DNA of 45,628 bases, taken from the NCBI GenBank assembly GCA_024698065.1, contig JAILRR010000056.1, positions 1 through 45,628 of the forward strand, in the 5' to 3' direction. Source of the DNA: Bacilli bacterium (GTDB lineage: Bacteria > Bacillota_I > Bacilli_A > RFN20 > CAG-826). The first letter of the stretch is position 1. Each line of letters starts with the position of its first letter. A program made the translations under genes and the position numbers. The notes under the pieces were generated by a model. That model worked only from the letters and a program-made list of their open reading frames with translations, did not search any database and had not been told where the DNA came from. Shown here in pieces: positions 7,928 through 15,571 of the stretch.

Positions 7928-8269
7928 TTATTCTAGGTAACCGACCATAACGCCTCTCATAACCTCGAGGCTCATCACCTCTTTTGAGATTATGATTGGC
8001 TCGTATTTGCGGGCGATGACGAATTCAAAGATGTCACCTATGACTGCGTATTCCTTACTGACCGGGTAAATGTAAGCCTGAGCTCTGTCAAAGACGTACC
8101 TTTTGGTTTTTTCGCTGATTCCGCCTTCTAGGGAAATAAGATGCCCCGCTGTCACGGAAACCGTGTCTAAAATGCTATAGATTTGCTGAATGACGGTAAG
8201 ATCCCCAACATAGGCCATGACCTGGACCGAGAAAAATAAAGACAAAAGAAAACCTAAACTAGATCCCAT
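7928..8269 (-). CDS. Membrane-anchored protein of unknown function (possible minor pilin or assembly factor)
   Basis: 113 aa counted from the ATG at 8269; the track start at 8275 is TTG. It has an N-terminal hydrophobic segment LGFLLSLFFSVQVMAYV and overlaps the end of the upstream gene by 11 nt. Confidence 0.6.
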   Translation of the reverse strand: MGSSLGFLLSLFFSVQVMAYVGDLTVIQQIYSILDTVSVTAGHLISLEGGISEKTKRYVFDRAQAYIYPVSKEYAVIGDIFEFVIARKYEPIIISKEVMSLEVMRGVMVGYLE

Positions 8270-8948
8270 ATGCAAGATTCCCCATGATTACGACGATTGC
8301 GACGACGATTAAGCCCATCGTCAAGGCACTGTCAGCTAGCGGCAAGAAATTGTTGTTATTGAGTGTGCTTTCGAATTTGCTGATTTGGTATTTCCTCTTT
8401 TCGGCCGCAACGGAAGAGAAGACGCTTTCGAATTGCTGAATGTATGTTGATGAACCCCCTTCATTCCCCATTTTGTAGATGCTGATCATGACTTGCCTGA
8501 TCTCAAGACTACGGAAATTAGTTGAAAACGTGAGATATGGCTTAACGCTCTTGTCGGCATCGATGTCCTTTAGTAGAGTCGTCAAAAGATCGCTCATCGC
8601 CGGGGATGAATAACGGACACAGTCCTCGAGGGCGTTATAAACCGGCCTTCCATTCGTAACGAAAATCTTGAAATAAGAGAAAACGTGAACAAATTCTTTC
8701 TCAAGTTCTTCGACCCTCATCTTCTTCACCCTAGAAGCTTTTCCTAGGAGGAAGAAATCGGAGACCGCAATCAGGAGGATTATGGATAACGGGGCGATTA
8801 ATGCTTCGCTCATCCTATAGGCGAAAAAAGCCATGACGAGGAGAGAGATATTCGTCATCACTATGAAGGCGATTTCCTTCTTTGGATTCAATCCCGATTC
8901 TTTTAAAGCTACGGACCAGGATTTCTTCACTTTCTTGTTCTTTTTCAT
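8259..8948 (-). CDS. TadC/TadB-like T2SS-F-domain inner membrane platform protein
   Basis: 229 aa. It has N- and C-terminal TM segments flanking a helical cytoplasmic domain, as in GspF/TadB/TadC family proteins. The start lies 1 nt after the upstream stop, with RBS GAAAGGA. Confidence 0.65.
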   Translation of the reverse strand: MKKNKKVKKSWSVALKESGLNPKKEIAFIVMTNISLLVMAFFAYRMSEALIAPLSIILLIAVSDFFLLGKASRVKKMRVEELEKEFVHVFSYFKIFVTNGRPVYNALEDCVRYSSPAMSDLLTTLLKDIDADKSVKPYLTFSTNFRSLEIRQVMISIYKMGNEGGSSTYIQQFESVFSSVAAEKRKYQISKFESTLNNNNFLPLADSALTMGLIVVAIVVIMGNLAYGI

Positions 8949-8949
8949 G

Positions 8950-9648
8950 TCATTTCCTTTCTAGACTTATCTTCTCGCCTGTATATGCCCTTGCGTAAAC
9001 GTAGAAGGACACGATGGCGATCAAGAAATAGGCGATTGAGGTGAGGAGGTATGGGATGTTCTTCGTCAAAGAGTCGTAGAAGTTAGATAGGCCAAAGCGC
9101 AAGAAGACGAGAACAATCGTACTAAGAAACCACAAGGAGCCATACTGCACGAGCGATTTCTTTCTGATGGTTTCAAGGGAGTTATGTTTCTCTTCATTTG
9201 AAGTTACCTCGTTAAGCAATTGCGAGGACATCTCAAGAAGGTCGCCCCCTTCTTCCAAATAGGCTTTAACGATTGATAAGAAGACTGGGTAAATATCATC
9301 CTCGAAATACCTTAACAGGTATTCGATTTTTTCCATGCTCGTCAGCGCGCTTATCGAATCAAGGACCTCTTTTTCTTCTCCTTTTGCGTCGATGGTGGCA
9401 TCTTCAAAGGCTTGATCAATGGACGACGTGATGGAAAGCGAGATGATGAAATGGTTGATGAAGTTAAATACTTCATGACGTTTCCTCCTTTTATCGAGAT
9501 ATCTTTTAACAAGTGGTTTTATGAAGAGGATCGAAATAGCGAAGTAGATAAGGAAAACAGATCCTCCGATCAAAAGGTTGCTTGTCGTCACGTAGGCGAC
9601 GATGGCGAAATACAAAGAAGGCACAAACAAGAATAAAAAGCCTTTCAT
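8950..9648 (-). CDS. TadB/TadC-like T2SS-F-domain inner membrane platform protein
   Basis: 232 aa with the same architecture as the neighbouring paralog. It has an ATGA overlap with the ATPase gene. Confidence 0.65.
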   Translation of the reverse strand: MKGFLFLFVPSLYFAIVAYVTTSNLLIGGSVFLIYFAISILFIKPLVKRYLDKRRKRHEVFNFINHFIISLSITSSIDQAFEDATIDAKGEEKEVLDSISALTSMEKIEYLLRYFEDDIYPVFLSIVKAYLEEGGDLLEMSSQLLNEVTSNEEKHNSLETIRKKSLVQYGSLWFLSTIVLVFLRFGLSNFYDSLTKNIPYLLTSIAYFLIAIVSFYVYARAYTGEKISLERK

Positions 9649-10607
9649 GATTCCTTCCCCCTTTCATAAATGACAGACATCTTTTTGCTCGTTTCGTCTA
9701 GATGCCCGATTGCTTTGACATATCGCTTGATCGAACCGTTTTTTGCTATCTCTTTTTCGACATAAACGTAATAACGGAGATGCCTTGAAATATCTCCCAT
9801 AAGCTCATCTTTGAAGAGCCTTTTGTTGCCAGTCATAGCAAGTCTAGCGACACGGTCAGGCATCGCGTTCAGGTTCTCGGCATGAACGGTCGTGATAATG
9901 GGGTGGCCACTCATGGCACTGACGAGAGCGTCGAGCATCTCTTCGCCTCGAGCTTCCGCAATGACGATGTAATCCGGATCGTTCCTCAAAGCGTTTTTGA
10001 TGAGGTCTGAAAAGGACGCTCCTTTGCCTTGCTCGCTCACGAGCCACGTCGTCAGATCGATGTTTTCGTTTTCGACCATATCAAGCTCTTCGACGTCATC
10101 AATAACGATGACCCTTGTGCACGGAGCCATGTTTTGAAGAAGCCATTTCTGGAGTTCTGTTTTGCCGCTAGAGACCTTTCCTCCGATGATAATCGATTCT
10201 CCTTTTTTGATTAATTGATTGAGGATTTGCAGCGATTTTTTGTCAAAGAAGGAAGATTTGCTGGTGATTTTGCAATCGCTGCTTTCTAAACGCAAAGAGA
10301 AAGTGAAGGCCTTCTCATTCTTTCTTCTCGCTAATGACGAATTGACTGCGTTCATGCGGTATCTCCCAAAGCTGATATTGAGAATCGGGGATTGAACGCT
10401 GAACTGATGCTCAGTGAGATTTGCCAATTGTCTAAGGAAAGACGAGACATCTTCCTTCTTCGCTTCTATGCCCGCTCTTTGCCTTCCTTTCTCATTGGAT
10501 ACATAGAAGAGATCCTTCCCGTTATAGGAGATGTCAGTTACCCCTTCTATGTTGAGTAAAGGCGAAAGGAAAGAACTCTCCAAAAAGGTTACTGGATTGC
10601 CACTCAT
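9645..10607 (-). CDS. TadA/CpaF/VirB11-family secretion ATPase
   Basis: 320 aa. Walker A GGKVSSGKTE; Walker B/Asp box VIVIDDVEELD. The block RNDPDYIVIAEARGEEMLDALVSAMSGHPIITTVHA is typical of T2SS-E/CpaF ATPases. ATGA overlaps occur on both sides. Confidence 0.85.
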   Translation of the reverse strand: MSGNPVTFLESSFLSPLLNIEGVTDISYNGKDLFYVSNEKGRQRAGIEAKKEDVSSFLRQLANLTEHQFSVQSPILNISFGRYRMNAVNSSLARRKNEKAFTFSLRLESSDCKITSKSSFFDKKSLQILNQLIKKGESIIIGGKVSSGKTELQKWLLQNMAPCTRVIVIDDVEELDMVENENIDLTTWLVSEQGKGASFSDLIKNALRNDPDYIVIAEARGEEMLDALVSAMSGHPIITTVHAENLNAMPDRVARLAMTGNKRLFKDELMGDISRHLRYYVYVEKEIAKNGSIKRYVKAIGHLDETSKKMSVIYERGKES

Positions 10608-10987
10608 ATAGCTTTGCCCTCCCTAATCTCAAATGCCTTGCAGTCTTGATATCTGAAGGTTTTGTTGAACCGGCAATCCAAAGTGACCACCGCCTTAGAC
10701 TCGGGACCACTCTTCTTGCCTTTGTAATCAAAGAATTCGAGATTGACTTCCCATTCGTCAACTCGGTATCTCATAAAGCTTTCAGTAAAGTATTTCCTGG
10801 CGATGTAATAAAAGAGTTTCGGTTCAAAATGAGGCGGACCACCATAGATATCCATCACCACCGCATTCTGGGCAAAGGTGAAGTCAAAAGCGGTGAATGT
10901 GTTGATGATTCCATTGCATGTATACGAATACGAATAGACAGATAACGAAAGGACGAACACCGCGGCAAAAAGAAGAAAATTAAGCAT
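10604..10987 (-). CDS. Membrane-anchored protein of unknown function (pilus operon)
   Basis: 127 aa with an N-terminal TM segment FLLFAAVFVLSLSVY. RBS GGAGGT lies 8 nt upstream. It overlaps both neighbouring genes. Confidence 0.6.
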   Translation of the reverse strand: MLNFLLFAAVFVLSLSVYSYSYTCNGIINTFTAFDFTFAQNAVVMDIYGGPPHFEPKLFYYIARKYFTESFMRYRVDEWEVNLEFFDYKGKKSGPESKAVVTLDCRFNKTFRYQDCKAFEIREGKAI

Positions 10988-12116
10988 CCACTTTTACCTC
11001 CGTGACATAGTAACGGCTATTGATCTTTGACCCAATTTCATTCGAATAACGGAGGGCCGTGAATGAATACTTCAGCATATCTGTATTCATGACGCCGATG
11101 CCCTCTAGGATGATTTGGCAGTCGTAAAATCTCGCCTTTGTACCTTTTACGGGCGGCATGATAACGCTCGTACTGTATGTATAGCCTTGGGTTTCAGGAT
11201 GATAATCATTTGTCTGGTAACGCCCATCCAATTTCGTATAGAGGAACTTTTTGGAACGAAGATATGATTCTTTTCCCTTTGGGACAAGCTCCAAAGGAAC
11301 TCCGATGTACGGCCTTTTGAGCTCATCGACTTTCCTTGTTCCAATATGGAAATCATCAAGGTAGTTATAGAAACGGAGCTCGCCCTTCTTCATTGTCAGA
11401 GGGCTCCATGAATGATCGAATTCTTCAAAGAAGAAATGCATGTCCTCAAGAGGCAAAAACCCTTGCGAATCTAGCACATATTCGTCCTCAAGCCCTTTGA
11501 AATTGATGCAGGTGTAACTTGTGGTCCCCAAAAGCAATTTGCCCCAGTAACGCCCCGCGAAAGCCTTTGGGTTCGTAAAAGAATGATGCACATCAGTGAT
11601 GCAATTTGGAGAGAGGTAACCATATTCGACTTTGACCGTATAAGACTCGACCGTTTCCGGCGCGACCAGAACCCTTATGTCTATAGTAAGGTGTTGTTCA
11701 ATATCCCCTACTTCTAACTGTGAATAAGGGACTTCGATATTGAAATCGATCGTCTGGCCTTTCCTATATGATTGGAAGTCAAAACGGCTATCGATCCAAT
11801 CTATCTCCGGTCGGGCGTTGTGGTATAAAAGAGACGTTCGCTTACCGTTTTCATCGGTGTAGGTGTGATCCACTTCGACACAGAATGCGACGTCCGCATC
11901 TTTGAGCATGTGCATGTGAAGCGTCGTTCTGCGGTCTTGTTGGTCGTTAGGCAACCACACGAAATCATCGAGATAGCATGTTTCGGTTATTGTGTCGAAG
12001 CAGTAGTATTTGAAATCCCACGCCGATGTCAATAAAGGTGTTAAAAGACCAAGAGTCAGCAAAAGGGTTTTTATCTTTAACCCATGAGGTAGGCGAATTT
12101 TGTTTTTAGTTTCCAC
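10980..12116 (-). CDS. Secreted or membrane-anchored protein of unknown function (pilus operon)
   Basis: 378 aa with a GTG start preceded by AAAGGAGGAAG. The N-terminal hydrophobic segment is LLLTLGLLTPLLTSA. I recognise no domain. Confidence 0.6.
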   Translation of the reverse strand: METKNKIRLPHGLKIKTLLLTLGLLTPLLTSAWDFKYYCFDTITETCYLDDFVWLPNDQQDRRTTLHMHMLKDADVAFCVEVDHTYTDENGKRTSLLYHNARPEIDWIDSRFDFQSYRKGQTIDFNIEVPYSQLEVGDIEQHLTIDIRVLVAPETVESYTVKVEYGYLSPNCITDVHHSFTNPKAFAGRYWGKLLLGTTSYTCINFKGLEDEYVLDSQGFLPLEDMHFFFEEFDHSWSPLTMKKGELRFYNYLDDFHIGTRKVDELKRPYIGVPLELVPKGKESYLRSKKFLYTKLDGRYQTNDYHPETQGYTYSTSVIMPPVKGTKARFYDCQIILEGIGVMNTDMLKYSFTALRYSNEIGSKINSRYYVTEVKVDA

Positions 12117-12430
12117 TGCAACTTCCTCCTTTCTTGCTCATAGAATTCTTTGTTCCCATAACGCATCCACCAGAAACGGTAGTTCTTCCCTCTCTCAAGA
12201 TAGTCGTTCACGAATATAAGTCCCTGAACGAATGTCAGTTTCTTGAAAAACTCATTCGCCTTAAGGAGAAAAGAGGCCTCTTTACGAGGCATGCGGAACC
12301 TTAGGTAAGAGGTATTGAGATCATACACATGCGTGTTTGATGGAAGTCCGCTTTGGGAGAGCGAGAATGAATATTCCTTGGTGATCATTTCCTCTTCGGT
12401 TTTGCTTAATCGGCATCTGTCTTCTTTCAT
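12077..12430 (-). CDS. Basic cytoplasmic protein of unknown function (first gene of the pilus operon)
   Basis: The ATG at 12430 lies 8 nt after GAGGG; the track start at 12445 is GTG. 117 aa, no TM segment, Lys/Arg-rich C-terminus. Confidence 0.5.
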   Translation of the reverse strand: MKEDRCRLSKTEEEMITKEYSFSLSQSGLPSNTHVYDLNTSYLRFRMPRKEASFLLKANEFFKKLTFVQGLIFVNDYLERGKNYRFWWMRYGNKEFYEQERRKLQWKLKTKFAYLMG

Positions 12431-12564
12431 GTTCTTAGCCCTCACTTATCTAATAGTTGGGAAATGGGACTTTTTTCACAAATTCAGAGAAATCCGTGTT
12501 TTTCATCTTTGATGAACTTTTTCAGGAAATTGCAACCTGCAAACGGCCGAAAGTAGTTTATAAT

Positions 12565-13134
12565 ATGTCCATGATTATCATCGTCGGACCAAGTGCGAGC
12601 GGCAAAACCGAAGTCGCGAAAATCCTCAAAAAGGACTACGACATAAAAAAGGCGGTAACGCACACGACAAGACAGCCACGCCAAGGAGAAAGAAACGGCG
12701 TGGATTATTATTTCGTGAATGAGGAGACATTTGATCTCCTAAAGAAAAGCGATGCCTTCGTTGAGACCACCACTTACGACGATCACCACTATGGCTGTTC
12801 TAAGGCTCAGGTGAGTGAGAATAAATGCGCCATTCTCGATCCTAATGGTTTGAAGACATTCAAGAAGCTTAAGAATGACCTCATCGTCTCTTTCCAGCTT
12901 ATGGCTGCTCCAAAAACAAGAGAGACCAGGATGCGTCTTCGCGGAGACAAAGAGGGCGATATCTATATGCGAATCATGAAAGATCAATATGCCTTCTCCT
13001 CCAAAAAGCTTAGTGGCTATGTCGATTACAAAATAAAGACAGACAAAAAAACTCCCCAGCAGGTAGCAGAGGAGATATATGATCTCTATCTTGAGGCCCT
13101 ACGAAACAGAGGCCTCAAGCCCATCAGCAAATAG
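12565..13134 (+). CDS. Guanylate kinase-like protein
   Basis: 189 aa counted from the ATG at 12565. P-loop GPSASGKT, then THTTRQPRQGERNGVDYYFV (the GMP-binding region of Gmk family proteins). The track N-terminal extension from 12457 has no homology signal. Confidence 0.7.
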   Translation: MSMIIIVGPSASGKTEVAKILKKDYDIKKAVTHTTRQPRQGERNGVDYYFVNEETFDLLKKSDAFVETTTYDDHHYGCSKAQVSENKCAILDPNGLKTFKKLKNDLIVSFQLMAAPKTRETRMRLRGDKEGDIYMRIMKDQYAFSSKKLSGYVDYKIKTDKKTPQQVAEEIYDLYLEALRNRGLKPISK

Positions 13135-13135
13135 A

Positions 13136-14428
13136 TTACTCGTCAGTGATGACGGGTTTCTTTTTATTCCAGCGAACAAGCGCCTCGGTGACGGTGTATT
13201 CTTTGCATTTGGTGACAGTGAGCTTAATAGGTCCGTTGCTCACGACATCCCCTACTTCCGCGAATCTACCAAGTTTGTCGACAACCCAGCCTGAAACGGT
13301 TGAGTAATCGTCTTCGAGAAGCTTATCTGGATCAAGGCCAAAGTAGTTATAGAAATCATCGATGTTGGTATCGCCTTTGACGATGAAAGTGTTTCTTTTT
13401 GGACCTTTGACAATTGAGGTTGAAGGCTTATCGTTTTCATCCCACATCTCACCGACGAGTTCCTCAAGGATATCCTCAAGGGTGATGATGCCTTCGGTGC
13501 CGCCAAACTCATCCCTAACGAGAGCAATGTGATGGCGGTTTTCCTTCATGAGTTCCATGACGCTTGAAACCATCATCGTGCGGGGAACACTGACGATCGG
13601 CATAATAAGACTCTCATATGACGAGAAAGTGCCTTTGACCATCTCTCTAAGAAGGGTCTTTACTGGCAGGTAGCCAAGAATGTGGTCGAGGTCGCCTTTA
13701 TAGACGATGATGCGAGAGAAATCAAAGACGCCTCTCCTCTTCAAGAATTCCTCAAAAGATGAATCAGTGTCATATCCAAAAATCTTGACGCGTGGGGTCA
13801 TGATTTCGTAACAACTCGTCTCTTTGAAATCGAGGGATCTCAAAAGGAGCTCAGATTGGTCTTCGTCAATGAGGCCTTCATCTTCGATGGCGTTGACCAT
13901 CGCCTCGAGCTCTTCATCGCTAGCGACTTTGCTTTCCTCGCCTGCTTTCTCTAAGAACGGCGAAGAAATCCATTCAGCAAATTTGGTGCTCGGCCAAACG
14001 AATGGGAAGAAGATGGTTTTGAGGACGTTGATATATCCCGCAAAAAGCTTAGAAAGGAAGAAAGAGTGGTTTTTTGCGATGGCTTTTGGGGTTATTTCAC
14101 CAAAGAGAAGGAGGACGAAAAGAAGAGCAAGGGCCCCTATTGTCTCCGCCATGTTCTCTAAGGAAGTGCCTCTAAAAACATCCATGAACAAAAGGGCGGT
14201 CAAGGATGAAGCAAGAACATTAACGAAGTCATTGCCAAATAGGATTGTGGCAATCGTGTTGTCGTAATTCTTTGCTAAAAGAAGGGCCTTCTTGGAGACT
14301 TTTGACTTGTCTTTCTCTAGGCGTGATTGGCTGACGCAAGAATAAACCATGTCAGAGGCGCTGAAAGAGGCGCTTAGAAGAAGGCAAAGGATGATTATGG
14401 CTAAATACACGAAATCAATCGGTTTCAT
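13136..14428 (-). CDS. CNNM/HlyC/CorC-family transporter (DUF21 + CBS pair + CorC_HlyC domain)
   Basis: 430 aa. It has an N-terminal 4-TM DUF21-like region (GEITPKAIA), a CBS-pair region, and a C-terminal CorC-type domain (VDEFGGTEGIITLEDILEELVGE followed by a beta-rich tail). ATGA overlap with the upstream paralog. Confidence 0.85.
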   Translation of the reverse strand: MKPIDFVYLAIIILCLLLSASFSASDMVYSCVSQSRLEKDKSKVSKKALLLAKNYDNTIATILFGNDFVNVLASSLTALLFMDVFRGTSLENMAETIGALALLFVLLLFGEITPKAIAKNHSFFLSKLFAGYINVLKTIFFPFVWPSTKFAEWISSPFLEKAGEESKVASDEELEAMVNAIEDEGLIDEDQSELLLRSLDFKETSCYEIMTPRVKIFGYDTDSSFEEFLKRRGVFDFSRIIVYKGDLDHILGYLPVKTLLREMVKGTFSSYESLIMPIVSVPRTMMVSSVMELMKENRHHIALVRDEFGGTEGIITLEDILEELVGEMWDENDKPSTSIVKGPKRNTFIVKGDTNIDDFYNYFGLDPDKLLEDDYSTVSGWVVDKLGRFAEVGDVVSNGPIKLTVTKCKEYTVTEALVRWNKKKPVITDE

Positions 14429-15447
14429 CTCGTGGTGCCTCCTAATGCCGCTTCTTTCTCGCCGATTGGGCCGACAAGTTCTTCAAGGACGTCCTCCATG
14501 GTGACGAGACCAACCAATCTGCCATCTTTGTAGACGAGAGCCGATTGGGTGTGGTTCGTTCTGAAGCCGTCGGTCAAATCGTCTATCTTGACGCTTGGGT
14601 CAACGATATATGGTTTCTCAATGGCTTGATTAATATCGAAGTTCTTCTTTTTGAGGTACATCGAAAGGAACTTCTTGACGATGAGGATGCCTTTGATGTC
14701 ATTTATCTCCCCTTCATATACGGGGATTCTTGAGTACTTGGTCTCACAGACAATCTTAGCGACGTCCTCATTTGTGAGCCCGCTAAGATCGATGGTGAAC
14801 ATCTTTCTTCTTGAAGTGAGGACTTCTTTGACGGCCGTATCGGAAAAATCGATTGAATTGAGGATGACATCGCTCTCATTTTCTTCAATGAGGCCTTCCT
14901 CTTCTTTTAGCTCGATCGCACTTGTGAAATCATCTTCGGTGACTTCCGGTTCCTCTTTAGCTGGGAATAGTTTCTTGGCAAGCCAAGAGATTCCGCTAAA
15001 AATCATGGCGATAGGCCAGATAAGGAAATAGAAAGCCAAAAGCGGATAAACGGTAATCGATGCGACTTTGTTAGGGATTTTCTTCCCAATCTGCTTCGGA
15101 ATCGTTTCGCCAAAGAGATAGAGGATGATTGTCATGACAACCGTAGATATAAGACCAGCGATAGATGGGTCTAAAGTCGGGAAGAGCCTTTGGGTGAAAA
15201 GAATGGTGCTGATGACGGAAATAAGAACACTTGCGGCATTGGTGCCGATTAAGACCACAACTAAAGTTGTGTCAAATCTCTCGGCAATGAAAAGAACAGC
15301 CTTCGCCGTTTTCGATCCGTGGTCTTTCTGGACCTGGAAACGATATTTGTTAAGACAAGAAAAAGCCGTCTCAGCAAGCGCAAAGTAGGCGGCTAATATT
15401 ACGGATATGATTATGAGAGCTAGGTACAGCCAACTTAGAGGGTCCAA
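14425..15447 (-). CDS. CNNM-family protein (DUF21 + CBS pair, no C-terminal CorC_HlyC domain)
   Basis: 340 aa with an apparent TTG start. It has GETIPKQIG, a CBS region and VTMEDVLEELVG, then ends shortly afterwards. Confidence 0.8.
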   Translation of the reverse strand: MDPLSWLYLALIIISVILAAYFALAETAFSCLNKYRFQVQKDHGSKTAKAVLFIAERFDTTLVVVLIGTNAASVLISVISTILFTQRLFPTLDPSIAGLISTVVMTIILYLFGETIPKQIGKKIPNKVASITVYPLLAFYFLIWPIAMIFSGISWLAKKLFPAKEEPEVTEDDFTSAIELKEEEGLIEENESDVILNSIDFSDTAVKEVLTSRRKMFTIDLSGLTNEDVAKIVCETKYSRIPVYEGEINDIKGILIVKKFLSMYLKKKNFDINQAIEKPYIVDPSVKIDDLTDGFRTNHTQSALVYKDGRLVGLVTMEDVLEELVGPIGEKEAALGGTTR

Positions 15448-15523
15448 TATATGTCGAACTCCTTATTCGACCTAGATATTCTAGCACAAAGAGGAAAAGA
15501 CTTCAAAAATGCGGGCATTTTTA

Positions 15524-15554
15524 TAAAAAAGAAAGCGGGGCTTTTAACCCCGCT
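15524..15554 (-). terminator. Rho-independent terminator
   Basis: Minus strand hairpin AGCGGGG-(ttaaaag)-CCCCGCT, followed by TTCTTTTTT. Confidence 0.75.
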
Positions 15555-15571
15555 CCATAGGAGACAATGCT

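Noticed and set aside
12457-12564. N-terminal extension of the guanylate-kinase-like ORF, and a TATAAT directly abutting the ATG at 12565.
   Set aside because: The extension has no RBS or homology. The TATAAT has no acceptable -35 at 16-18 nt, so neither a longer protein nor a leaderless promoter can be supported.
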